DNA of 25,848 nt. Source: a virus. Taxonomy: Duplodnaviria; Caudoviricetes. Numbering within the stretch: position 1 is the stretch's first letter; every line of letters begins with the position of its first letter. Below are positions 7,632-15,914 of this stretch, piece by piece. Position numbers and translations under genes: made by a program. The notes under the pieces are model-generated. The model did not search any database, was not told the DNA's origin, and saw only the letters and a list, made by a program, of their open reading frames with translations. The stretch spans positions 1 to 25,848 of IMG/VR virus record IMGVR_UViG_3300017761_007555; one strand, 5' to 3'.

Positions 7632-9797
7632 ATGATTAAAAAAACAGCTTCATCTGAAATTTTTGATCTTTATGCATCAAAAATGATTTCAAAGAGATCT
7701 TTAAGCAAGGTTGCCTCCGCCGCAAGTATTCTGCCCGATTTTTTCGATGGGGCTGCCAGGGTCGGTGCAAGAAGTATTCCCAGCTTAGATGGAATTACAG
7801 GACTTAGTTCTAGTGTAAAAAGCTCAGTAAAAGTTGTATCTGATGCTGGAGAAGTTGATTCTAAAAAACTACTACAAGCGCTGGTTCATTCCTCTAGAGT
7901 AACCGAATCATCCGAAGTAATTATGCGTAATGCAGATATTTGTGGATATACCGAGACTAAGATTGATGATTTCTTATCAAAGTTTTCAGATGATTTCAAA
8001 AAAATGGGTGATGAACTTAATGGGCTCAGTCCATCTCCAAGTCAGGTAGAAATAGATGACTTCTATACAAATAATCAAAAAGCAATAGAATATTTTAAAT
8101 TATTAAAAACAGATACTGAACTTAAAAAGGCACTTCAGAACGCCCCCCTTGGAGCAAGACACACAGGAGCCGATACTATAAGCCTGGATGATGCAGTAAC
8201 CAGATATACTGCAGGGGGCGCCGCCGGAGCCGCAGGAAGATTTACTACCCAAGTAGGAAATGCAATTGCCGTAGGTGGAAGAGTAGTAAATACACTTGTA
8301 ATTCTAGGACTTGGTGTTTTGGCCTATAAAGGTTATAAAACTGACTTTGTCCAAGCTATTCTTTCCTCTTTTAGCTCACCCAAATCTATGAAAAATATCC
8401 AGGCAGTAAAAGATGCAAAAGACTGCATTAATAATATAGCGCTGATTCCTGGAAGTCCAGCCGTAAGTGCCAGAAATAAAGTGCTAAGTAATTTTGATGC
8501 TTTTTCAAAGTTTGAGATTGTAATGAATCTTACCGATAGAAAGGAGCAGAAAGATACCTTGGATGCTGCTTCCACTGCCGCTCAGGAATTAATATCCGAC
8601 TCCAGCACCGAAGGATCTATTCAGCACTTTTTAGACCTAATATCCAAGGATCCCGGTTCCAATCTTTCCGGATTCTCTACTATGCAGGCTGGTGGGGCTG
8701 GTGCAGTAGCGGGCGGGTTGGTGGGATTATTAATCAAAGGAAAGCTTGGAGGCTTAATTGGAGCTGCGCTAGGTGCCGTTGCAGGCGGATGGTTTATGAA
8801 TAAATATTATCAAGATGAAATAAACTGTATCGCTGCGGCTGGAGATGCTATTGAACAGTTTGATGCAGATTACCGTGAGACTGCGGGAAATAAAACAGAA
8901 GAGTCGCAAGGAAAAGGCCCAGAGTCAACCTCTGGCTCGGAAGCCGATACCAAAGTATCGGTAGACTCTTTGCTGGAACAGATGATTGCAGCCCTGCAGA
9001 ACGATATAATCTATAATCTCCCCGGGCTTTCTAATCTATTTGTTAACGAAAGAAGAATTATTAGAAAATTAATTGAAGAGTCTGGAAGTATAGAAAATGC
9101 AGCAATGCTCATTTCTAATATCAACCCAAATATAAAATTAGATTTGGGGAAGATTGATACTTCAGCCTCTCAAGGCAAGATTACAAAAGAGCTATTAGCA
9201 AGGAATGAAGTATTACAAGATCTAGCAAGAGACATTGTAATCTCCGCAAGAAACGTAAGAAGGAACTTAAAACAAAAAGTTTCTTCTGTCGGATCTCAAA
9301 TTACAACAGAGTCAAAGATAAAAGAAGATAATATGAAAAAAGAATCAAAATCTATTAATAATCAAGGATTATTACGAAAAGCTGCGGAATCAAGAGTTTC
9401 TTACTTTGGAGATGCCAATTTGGGTCTTAAAGATCAGCTAACCAAATCATATTATACTGGCCTTACCGGTATGTATAATGAGCAACCCCCCAAGAGACCC
9501 TCTGATTATAAAAATCTCTACGGTTTTCAAGAAGAAACCGGACACGATCTGATGGCAGAGAGTCATCCAAAGTCTGTCACTCTGGCAGATGCAATGGGAA
9601 GGGGTGGCTTGGTAGAAAATAACTTAGAGCAGCAACAAAAGTCAATCTATGTTGCTACAACTACCCCCAGTGGTAATTTTCAATCTAAGTACGCCCAAAC
9701 TGTTAGCTATCTTGAAAAATTAGCTAAAGCCGCTGACAGCCAAGGCAAGGAACAAGTTTCTAGAATAATCAATCAGACAATTCAAAAACTAAAATAA
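7632..9797 (+). CDS. Putative internal virion (ejection-like) protein with hydrophobic and glycine-zipper segments
   Basis: 721 aa, starts MIKKTAS. Hydrophobic stretch LVILGLGVLAY and glycine zipper GGAGAVAGGLVGLLIKGKLGGLIGAALGAVAGG. Sits in the head module. Function is inference. Confidence 0.55.
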   Translation: MIKKTASSEIFDLYASKMISKRSLSKVASAASILPDFFDGAARVGARSIPSLDGITGLSSSVKSSVKVVSDAGEVDSKKLLQALVHSSRVTESSEVIMRNADICGYTETKIDDFLSKFSDDFKKMGDELNGLSPSPSQVEIDDFYTNNQKAIEYFKLLKTDTELKKALQNAPLGARHTGADTISLDDAVTRYTAGGAAGAAGRFTTQVGNAIAVGGRVVNTLVILGLGVLAYKGYKTDFVQAILSSFSSPKSMKNIQAVKDAKDCINNIALIPGSPAVSARNKVLSNFDAFSKFEIVMNLTDRKEQKDTLDAASTAAQELISDSSTEGSIQHFLDLISKDPGSNLSGFSTMQAGGAGAVAGGLVGLLIKGKLGGLIGAALGAVAGGWFMNKYYQDEINCIAAAGDAIEQFDADYRETAGNKTEESQGKGPESTSGSEADTKVSVDSLLEQMIAALQNDIIYNLPGLSNLFVNERRIIRKLIEESGSIENAAMLISNINPNIKLDLGKIDTSASQGKITKELLARNEVLQDLARDIVISARNVRRNLKQKVSSVGSQITTESKIKEDNMKKESKSINNQGLLRKAAESRVSYFGDANLGLKDQLTKSYYTGLTGMYNEQPPKRPSDYKNLYGFQEETGHDLMAESHPKSVTLADAMGRGGLVENNLEQQQKSIYVATTTPSGNFQSKYAQTVSYLEKLAKAADSQGKEQVSRIINQTIQKLK

Positions 9798-9814
9798 TTT
9801 AGGAGAATTTTAAA

Positions 9815-10471
9815 ATGGCACTCAAACCCCTCACTCCCGGCTACCTCCCATCCGGCCAGTACGACCTTCTCGATTCTTTCGCAGCCAACTTTGTTGGCGG
9901 TGAAGTCGGCGTTCTTGACACTCTAGAGTCCGGCGATTACTACGCCGCTGACGCTGGCGGTTCCTCCATCACCCCTGACGTAAAAGTCACCGGTGGTAGA
10001 GTTTCTGCTGGCGAGTTTTACGGATTAGTTGACGACGGCACCTCCGGCTACGGTACCTCCTTTGGTACCATTATCGGCGGAACTGTCGGTCAAGGCACTG
10101 GCTTCGCTTCTGGCGTTGCTTCCTCCTCCGCCTCCGGCATCGTAGTTGTTGGTCCAAGAACCTCTTTTGGTTCTGGCAAAGCAACCCTCTGGACCCAGCC
10201 CGGTCTTTATGGAATAACATCTGATGCATTCGTATCTACAACTGGAACGGACCTTCCCACTGCCGTAAACACTAAGCTCTATGGAAAAAACACTGGCGCA
10301 GCAAATGCAGGAAAGCTCACCTTAGCTTCTGGATCTAACGGCATTCAGGCTGCAGTATTTCTAAATACTGTTTCTGACAGCTCACTAGTTTCCACCTCTG
10401 CCGCCGCCGCTACCGGCTCAGCTTCAACCGCCGAGTACTACGCAGTTTACCTCTTAGGCGCATCAGCTTAA
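9815..10471 (+). CDS. Major capsid decoration/cement protein
   Basis: AGGAG RBS, 218 aa, Gly/Ser/Thr-rich and beta-type, immediately upstream of the capsid gene, with the same strong codon bias. Confidence 0.7.
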   Translation: MALKPLTPGYLPSGQYDLLDSFAANFVGGEVGVLDTLESGDYYAADAGGSSITPDVKVTGGRVSAGEFYGLVDDGTSGYGTSFGTIIGGTVGQGTGFASGVASSSASGIVVVGPRTSFGSGKATLWTQPGLYGITSDAFVSTTGTDLPTAVNTKLYGKNTGAANAGKLTLASGSNGIQAAVFLNTVSDSSLVSTSAAAATGSASTAEYYAVYLLGASA

Positions 10472-10502
10472 TTAACATAAAGATTAGGAGAATTAAAATA
10501 TC

Positions 10503-11543
10503 ATGTCAAACATCTTTAATACACACGGCGAACTTAACGCCGGTAACGTCAAAGAGGCACTTCTACAGATCGTGAAATACGCATCTATCATCGAAGAGCT
10601 TCAGCCCTCTAACGCCGTAATCGCCTCTGGCCCATCACTCAATGATGACCAGCGCGATGAAATGATCAAGCAAGCTCTTCTTACCCAAGAAGGCAAGGTT
10701 GCTCTTGGTCAGGCCATGGCTACCCCAATCCGCCGCAACTTAGACTACTCTGGCGTCGGTCGTAAGGCCCTCGTTGTTGATCCTCTTCCCCAGGGCGCTC
10801 TTCCAGTTTACGACCGCGACATCGACGTTGCAGCCGTAGTTATCTCTTCCAATGGTTCCGCTCCAGAAAGCCGTGTTTTCGGTGACCGCGTAACTGTTCC
10901 AGAGTTTGAAATCGTCAGCAATCCTACTGTCCGTATCGCTGAAGTTAAGCGCCGCCGCTTTAACGTCATCGACCGCGCCCAGCAGAAGGCTCGTCAGGAA
11001 ATCCAGGCCCAGGAAGACGCCAACGTCTTCGCAGCCCTTGACTTCGCATCTGACACCACCAAGGGTGGCGAGAACACCAACCAGAGACTCGACCTTACTG
11101 ACTCCACCGTCAGCGGCAAGCTCTCCAAGAATGGCATGCTCTCCCTCAAGCGTCAAATCGACCGTTGGGACCTCGTGACCTCCAAGTACTTCATGAACAT
11201 CAATGAGTTCACTGATATCCTCGGTTGGGAATCTGCAGGTTCAGTAGGCGCCTCCCAGGTTGACCCAGTCACCCAGAGAGAGATCCTTCAGACTGGCCTT
11301 TACGGTCAGATCTTTGGTGCAGATATCATCGTCTCCAAGATCGTTCCAGCTGGTAAGGCCTTCGCCACCGCAGAGCCAGAGTTCGTCGGTGTTATGCCTG
11401 TTCGTCAGGACATCGAAGTTCTTCCTGCAGACGAGCCAAAGCAGCTCAAGCTCGGCTGGGTTGTCTCTGAAATCGTCGGTATCGGTATCGTCAACCCACG
11501 CGGCGTTGCCTCCGGTACAGTCCAGGGCGCAGAATCTATCTAA
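10503..11543 (+). CDS. Major capsid protein, HK97 fold
   Basis: 346 aa with AGGAG RBS. Motifs ALGQAMATPIRRNLDY.GVGRKALVVDPLPQGALPVYD, EFEIVSNPTVRI, QEIQAQED, GLYGQIFGADIIVS, GWVVSEIVGIGIVNPRGVA. From memory this resembles mycobacteriophage Bxz1-like and uncultured large-phage capsids. Followed by a strong terminator. Confidence 0.9.
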   Translation: MSNIFNTHGELNAGNVKEALLQIVKYASIIEELQPSNAVIASGPSLNDDQRDEMIKQALLTQEGKVALGQAMATPIRRNLDYSGVGRKALVVDPLPQGALPVYDRDIDVAAVVISSNGSAPESRVFGDRVTVPEFEIVSNPTVRIAEVKRRRFNVIDRAQQKARQEIQAQEDANVFAALDFASDTTKGGENTNQRLDLTDSTVSGKLSKNGMLSLKRQIDRWDLVTSKYFMNINEFTDILGWESAGSVGASQVDPVTQREILQTGLYGQIFGADIIVSKIVPAGKAFATAEPEFVGVMPVRQDIEVLPADEPKQLKLGWVVSEIVGIGIVNPRGVASGTVQGAESI

Positions 11544-11563
11544 TTAATTAGTTAGATACTTTG

Positions 11564-11600
11564 TAGGGCCAGGTAGGGGAACTTACCTGGCCCTATTTTT
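11564..11600 (+). terminator. Rho-independent terminator after the capsid gene
   Basis: Stem TAGGGCCAGGTA / TACCTGGCCCTA (12 bp plus G-U and G-C pairs) with a GGAA tetraloop, then TTTTT. Confidence 0.9.
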
Positions 11601-11601
11601 A

Positions 11602-11609
11602 TGCTAATA
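11602..11609 (+). promoter_or_regulatory. Recurrent motif TGCTAATA (putative late promoter)
   Basis: Directly after the terminator T-tract and 22 nt upstream of ATG 11632. Confidence 0.6.
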
Positions 11610-11631
11610 GAATCGTTATAATTGGTGCAAC

Positions 11632-11850
11632 ATGAATAAATCAAATATGAGAAATAGAGTTAAGTTCTATCCTGCTTATGAAAAAAAAATCTTAGAATCA
11701 AAACCATCCGCAGTTTCTAGAAGAGATCCTAATTATATTGATATGTCTGATTTAAAAACAGACAATATTATTACTGATTTTTTTGAATTTGAAAAAGAAC
11801 TATCAGAATTAAAACCTTCTAACAAAAATACAGACTCGGATAATAAATAA
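11632..11850 (+). CDS. Small hypothetical protein
   Basis: 72-aa ORF preceded by the conserved motif. RBS is weak (GGTG). Confidence 0.5.
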   Translation: MNKSNMRNRVKFYPAYEKKILESKPSAVSRRDPNYIDMSDLKTDNIITDFFEFEKELSELKPSNKNTDSDNK

Positions 11851-11892
11851 ATTATTATTCATTGATAACCACGATGATTCAATCCTAGGATG

Positions 11893-11921
11893 TTGACCAT
11901 ATCGTATTTTCTATTTATATT
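11893..11921 (+). promoter_or_regulatory. Possible sigma70-type promoter
   Basis: TTGACC-N17-TATATT upstream of 11968. The AT-rich context makes a chance match possible. Confidence 0.35.
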
Positions 11922-11967
11922 TTATTAAAGTTATTATATCAACAAGCCGGAACTAATAAGTGGGAAT

Positions 11968-12195
11968 ATGGAAGAAAAAAACTTTATAACGTCAGATCTA
12001 TCACTTGCCGCATTCTTAACGATGAAGGGACTCTCTGTTATTCGCTGTACAAAAACTGCAACTGGAAAGTTTGAGTTTGTTTTTGAAGACCCCGAAGGCA
12101 AAGCTCCCGGATTATCAATGAATTATTTAAATAGTGATTTTTGTAAATTTGATAATCACGTAAGAACTTTAAAAAAAATGTTGTATAAAAACTAA
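11968..12195 (+). CDS. DUF5659-like small protein
   Basis: Pattern F.TSDLSLAAFL.MKG...GKFEFVFED...Y.....F...+.LK is typical of DUF5659 (recognised from memory). AACTAATA at 11951-11958. Confidence 0.7.
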   Translation: MEEKNFITSDLSLAAFLTMKGLSVIRCTKTATGKFEFVFEDPEGKAPGLSMNYLNSDFCKFDNHVRTLKKMLYKN

Positions 12196-12221
12196 AAATA
12201 ATTTTAAAAAAGTAATTTTTC

Positions 12222-12229
12222 TACTAATA
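12222..12229 (+). promoter_or_regulatory. Recurrent motif TACTAATA (putative promoter of the fibre gene)
   Basis: Exact motif match in the gap, ~180 nt before ATG 12411. Confidence 0.55.
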
Positions 12230-12410
12230 TTTATCACACAATGTACAAAGTTAAGTCACAAAGTTATGCCTTATGGATCTTGGTTTATAAATTTTGACTT
12301 CTAACTTTTAATATTTCCAATCCCACTAGGGAACTTTGCAATTAAACTTAAACAAGTTATAGTTACGTTTCAAGTTATAGTAAAAAGAAAAATATTTAGG
12401 AAATAATAAC

Positions 12411-15400
12411 ATGGCAAGAGCATTTAATACTAAAATCTCTGGCGATCAGATCACAATCGAATCCCGTTCTGGATTCGGAACAGGTGGTCTTGATACCAAT
12501 ACAGACGGCGCCCTCAAGGCTGACTGGTCTGTTGTTGCAGATAAGTCCTCTGTCGAGGCCGAACTCTCAACTGAGGCTAGCATCCGTGGTGCAGCCGATA
12601 CCTCACTCACAACTCGTGTTTCTACTGAAGAATCTGTTCGTTTTAGTGGTGATTCTTCTCTCGCAGTAGCAGTCTCTGATGAAGTCTCTGCTCGTACCTC
12701 TGGTGACCTCTCTCTCACCAACCGCGTTTCATCCGAAGAGTCTGCCCGCGTATCTGGTGATTCTTCTCTTACTAACCGCGTTTCTCTCGAAGAATCTGTT
12801 CGTCTCAATGGAGATTCTTCTCTTACTGTAGCAGTATCCAATGAAGTATCTGCTCGCACCTCCGGCGATCTCTCTCTCACCAACCGTGTTTCCGCTGAAG
12901 AGTCTACTCGTCTTGCTGGTGACTCCTCTCTTACCGTAGCAGTTTCTGACGAAGTATCTGCTCGTACCTCTGCAGACCTCTCTCTTACTGGTCGCGTTTC
13001 AACCGAAGAGTCTGCCCGCGTCTCTGGTGATCTTTCCCTTACCAACCGCGTTTCCGCCGAAGAGTCCGCCCGCGTAGCTGGTGATTCCTCACTTACCGTG
13101 GCAGTTTCCAGCGAGGCATCTGCTCGTACTTCTGCAGACCTCTCTCTCACCGGTCGTGTTTCCTCCGAAGAATCTGCTCGCGCTGCTGGAGATTCTTCTC
13201 TCGCAGTAGCAGTCTCTGACGAAGTTTCTGCTCGTACCTCTGGAGATCTATCTCTCACTAGCCGAGTTTCTTCTGAAGAGTCCGCTCGTACTTCTGGTGA
13301 TCTTTCTCTTACCGGTCGTCTTTCTTCCGAAGAGTCTGCTCGTGTTGCCGGTGATTCTTCACTCACAATTGCAGTCTCTAACGAAGTATCTGCCCGTACC
13401 TCCGGTGATCTTTCCCTCACCAACCGCGTTTCTGCCGAAGAGTCCGCTCGTACCTCTGGTGATCTCTCTCTTACCAACGCACTCTCTTCTGAAGTTTCCG
13501 TTCGTGGCTCTGCCGATGCATCACTTGCAACTGCAGTTTCTAACGAGGCTTCTTCTCGCGTAGCTGGTGATAGCTCTTTGGTTGTAGCTCTCGATAACGA
13601 GGCTTCCATCAGAGGCTCTGCTGATACCTCCCTCACCTCCCGCGTCTCTTCCGAGACTGTTGACCGTGTTGCTGGTGACTCCTCTATCGGTGTCCGCGTA
13701 AGCGTCATCGAAGCAGGGCTCGTCGCCGGCGTAACATGGATGGGTTCTTACAATACGGTTTCTGATCTAACTTCTGCGATGGCTGCACTTACTCCAGTAC
13801 TCAAGTCTGGTGGCGCCACAGCATTCAATGCAGCCGGTGGAACAGGCTCCGCAGTAATGGAAGGTTGGGCATACTATGTTAAGGGTGGTAATGATGCATA
13901 CATTGTGGTCGCAGACTCTGATGGCGATCTATCCATCTCTGGTTGGACCGGCTTCTCACTCATTAAGTTTGCTGATTACAGCGAACTAAATGATAAGTTT
14001 GTAAGCTTAACAACTCGCGTTTCCTCTGAAGAGTCTGTTCGTTCCTCTGCCGATACCTCGCTCACCAGCCGTCTCTCTTCTGAAGAATCTGCTCGTACCG
14101 CTGGAGACTCCTCTCTCACCATCGCCGTATCTAACGAAGGCTCTGTCAGAGCCTCTGCTGATGCATCTATTGTCGTAAGCCTCTCCTCTGAATCTTCTAG
14201 CCGTGTTGCTGCTGACAGTTCTCTCGCTACTGCAGTCTCCAACGAGGCTTCCAGCCGCGTTTCTGGCGATGCAGCACTCTCCGTAGCACTCTCTGATGAG
14301 GTTTCCTCCCGTACCGCCGCTGATAGCTCCCTCACCACCAGAATCTCCTCTGAAGAATCCTCTCGCGCTGCTGGCGACTCTTCCGTAGTGGTTCTTCTTA
14401 ATGCCGAAGCTTCTCTCCGTACTGCTGCTGATTCTTCTATCACAGTTGTTGCATCTGCCGAAAAGTCTGAGCGTATCGCTGCTGATGGCTCACTCACCAC
14501 AAGACTCTCCTCCGAAGAGGCCGCTCGCGCTGCTGGCGACTCCTCCGTTGTAGTTCTTCTTAATGCTGAAGCCTCTCTCCGTATCGCTGCTGACGGCTCT
14601 CTGACCACTCGCCTTTCTTCCGAAGAGTCTGCCCGTACTTCTGGAGATGCCTCTCTAACTGTTTCACTCTCTACAGAGACCTCTTTCCGCTTGTCTGCTG
14701 ACGCCTCCGTCATGGGCAAGCTATCCGAGGAAGTTTCTCTTCGTACCTCCGGCGATACATCTCTTACTAGCCGCATTTCTTCTGAAGAGTCTGTCCGCTC
14801 ATCTGTTGATGTTTCCCTCACCGACCGCATTTCTTCCGAGGAATCTGTTCGTAGTTCTGCAGATCTCTCTCTCACCAATCGTGTTGCTACCGAAGAGTCT
14901 CTACGTCTTTCTGCCGATGCTTCTCTCAACTCTTCAATCTCAACTGAGACATCTTTCCGCACTTCTGCAGATACCTCTCTCACCAGCCGCGTCTCAACTG
15001 AAGAGTCTGTACGTTCATCTGTTGATACATCTCTTACCAGCCGCATTTCTACCGAAGAGTCTGTTCGCTTATCTTCCGATAAGTCAATTCTCGCTGCCGC
15101 TAAGGACAAGCTCTTTATGGCTCGCGTTGGTGGAAGCTTCACTGCTTACGCTGCCGCCACCAACATTCCTCTCGATTCAGTTGCCGGTTCTCTTTACAGA
15201 TCTTCTGACTTCAAGTTCCTAGATGATGTAATTGACCTGAACATCGGAATGGGTGCTTGGACTGGAAAGTCTGCATTCCCAGACAATCTCCAGGTCTTCA
15301 TCAACGGTGTTATGCTTCGCCCAGTCTTTGACGCCGGCAAGGTAAAGACCTTCACGAACAGTGAAACAATCTCCTTCGCAGGTCTCCAGGGAGATTTCGT

Positions 15401-15497
15401 ACTGTACAAGAACAGCACCGGTCCAGTTGGTGGCATTGCCTTCGGCTTTGCTCTCAAGGCTGGCGATGAAGTACAGGTTCGTTACAACAACGGCTAA
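12411..15497 (+). CDS. Ser-rich coiled-coil fibre protein (virion fibre/adhesin-like)
   Basis: 1028 aa: 21 + 20 copies of an 18-aa repeat (V/L)S.E.S.R..(G/A)D.SL..(R/A), split by a ~107-aa non-repeat domain. The C-terminal beta domain contains LQVFINGV...GDF...LKAGDEVQVRY. Confidence 0.8.
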   Translation: MARAFNTKISGDQITIESRSGFGTGGLDTNTDGALKADWSVVADKSSVEAELSTEASIRGAADTSLTTRVSTEESVRFSGDSSLAVAVSDEVSARTSGDLSLTNRVSSEESARVSGDSSLTNRVSLEESVRLNGDSSLTVAVSNEVSARTSGDLSLTNRVSAEESTRLAGDSSLTVAVSDEVSARTSADLSLTGRVSTEESARVSGDLSLTNRVSAEESARVAGDSSLTVAVSSEASARTSADLSLTGRVSSEESARAAGDSSLAVAVSDEVSARTSGDLSLTSRVSSEESARTSGDLSLTGRLSSEESARVAGDSSLTIAVSNEVSARTSGDLSLTNRVSAEESARTSGDLSLTNALSSEVSVRGSADASLATAVSNEASSRVAGDSSLVVALDNEASIRGSADTSLTSRVSSETVDRVAGDSSIGVRVSVIEAGLVAGVTWMGSYNTVSDLTSAMAALTPVLKSGGATAFNAAGGTGSAVMEGWAYYVKGGNDAYIVVADSDGDLSISGWTGFSLIKFADYSELNDKFVSLTTRVSSEESVRSSADTSLTSRLSSEESARTAGDSSLTIAVSNEGSVRASADASIVVSLSSESSSRVAADSSLATAVSNEASSRVSGDAALSVALSDEVSSRTAADSSLTTRISSEESSRAAGDSSVVVLLNAEASLRTAADSSITVVASAEKSERIAADGSLTTRLSSEEAARAAGDSSVVVLLNAEASLRIAADGSLTTRLSSEESARTSGDASLTVSLSTETSFRLSADASVMGKLSEEVSLRTSGDTSLTSRISSEESVRSSVDVSLTDRISSEESVRSSADLSLTNRVATEESLRLSADASLNSSISTETSFRTSADTSLTSRVSTEESVRSSVDTSLTSRISTEESVRLSSDKSILAAAKDKLFMARVGGSFTAYAAATNIPLDSVAGSLYRSSDFKFLDDVIDLNIGMGAWTGKSAFPDNLQVFINGVMLRPVFDAGKVKTFTNSETISFAGLQGDFVLYKNSTGPVGGIAFGFALKAGDEVQVRYNNG
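12564..13697 (+). repeat. 21 tandem 54-nt coding repeats
   Basis: Counted from LSTEASIRGAADTSLTTR to VSSETVDRVAGDSSIGVR with no gaps. Confidence 0.95.
14019..15098 (+). repeat. 20 tandem 54-nt coding repeats
   Basis: Counted from VSSEESVRSSADTSLTSR to ISTEESVRLSSDKSILAA with no gaps. Confidence 0.95.
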
Positions 15498-15521
15498 TTT
15501 TAGTCGAGACTGAATAAGTCT

Positions 15522-15551
15522 GGGGGACGAGAGAAATCTCGTCCCCTTTTT
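15522..15551 (+). terminator. Rho-independent terminator after the fibre gene
   Basis: GGGGACGAGA-GAAA-TCTCGTCCCC followed by TTTTT. Confidence 0.9.
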
Positions 15552-15558
15552 GCTAATA
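15551..15558 (+). promoter_or_regulatory. Recurrent motif TGCTAATA (putative late promoter)
   Basis: Shares the last T of the terminator tract and lies 25 nt upstream of ATG 15584. Confidence 0.6.
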
Positions 15559-15583
15559 TAGTTACTATAAATTAGGAGCTATT

Positions 15584-15913
15584 ATGAAACAAAAAACTAA
15601 GTTATCCGGATTAATATCTAAGATTAAAAATGCACATGAGGAGACTATCAAGGCTGTTGCTTACTCCGAAGGATACCTCGACTGCATAAAAGATCTTTTA
15701 AATGAAGACTCTAATGATTTAAATAAAATTATGATAGTCAAATATGATGGAAAAGTAAGAGGCGAGGTTTACTCCGAAATTCTTCCAATACTTGAAGATA
15801 TAGAGAAAGAAGAGAACTCCGGAGTTATTTTAGAGTCGGTATCTTCACAGCCAGAGGCAATGCACCCATCTGATAGGGCAAGAAGCTTTCTTGAGAGAAT
15901 AGGAAGAAGCTAG
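15584..15913 (+). CDS. Hypothetical protein
   Basis: 109 aa with AGGAG RBS. Confidence 0.75.
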   Translation: MKQKTKLSGLISKIKNAHEETIKAVAYSEGYLDCIKDLLNEDSNDLNKIMIVKYDGKVRGEVYSEILPILEDIEKEENSGVILESVSSQPEAMHPSDRARSFLERIGRS

Positions 15914-15914
15914 T

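Noticed and set aside
10503-11543. Encapsulin rather than phage capsid
   Set aside because: The surrounding protease, scaffold, decoration, neck and fibre genes indicate a virion module.
682-11547. Short overlapping or antisense ORFs in the track (e.g. 1607..1939, 3719..4099, 4896..5384, 5409..5816, 10740..11156, 10906..11178)
   Set aside because: They lie essentially within well-supported genes and have no recognisable motifs.
12564-15098. Regular 54-nt periodicity as a CRISPR array or diversity-generating cassette
   Set aside because: The repeats are degenerate at synonymous positions, in frame, and lack unique spacers. No cas or reverse transcriptase gene is in the window.
12446-15142. 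Long antisense ORFs of 420 aa (12446..13708) and 388 aa (13976..15142)
   Set aside because: They are shadows of the repetitive, codon-biased fibre gene. Their extent tracks the repeat blocks and I found no independent expression signals.
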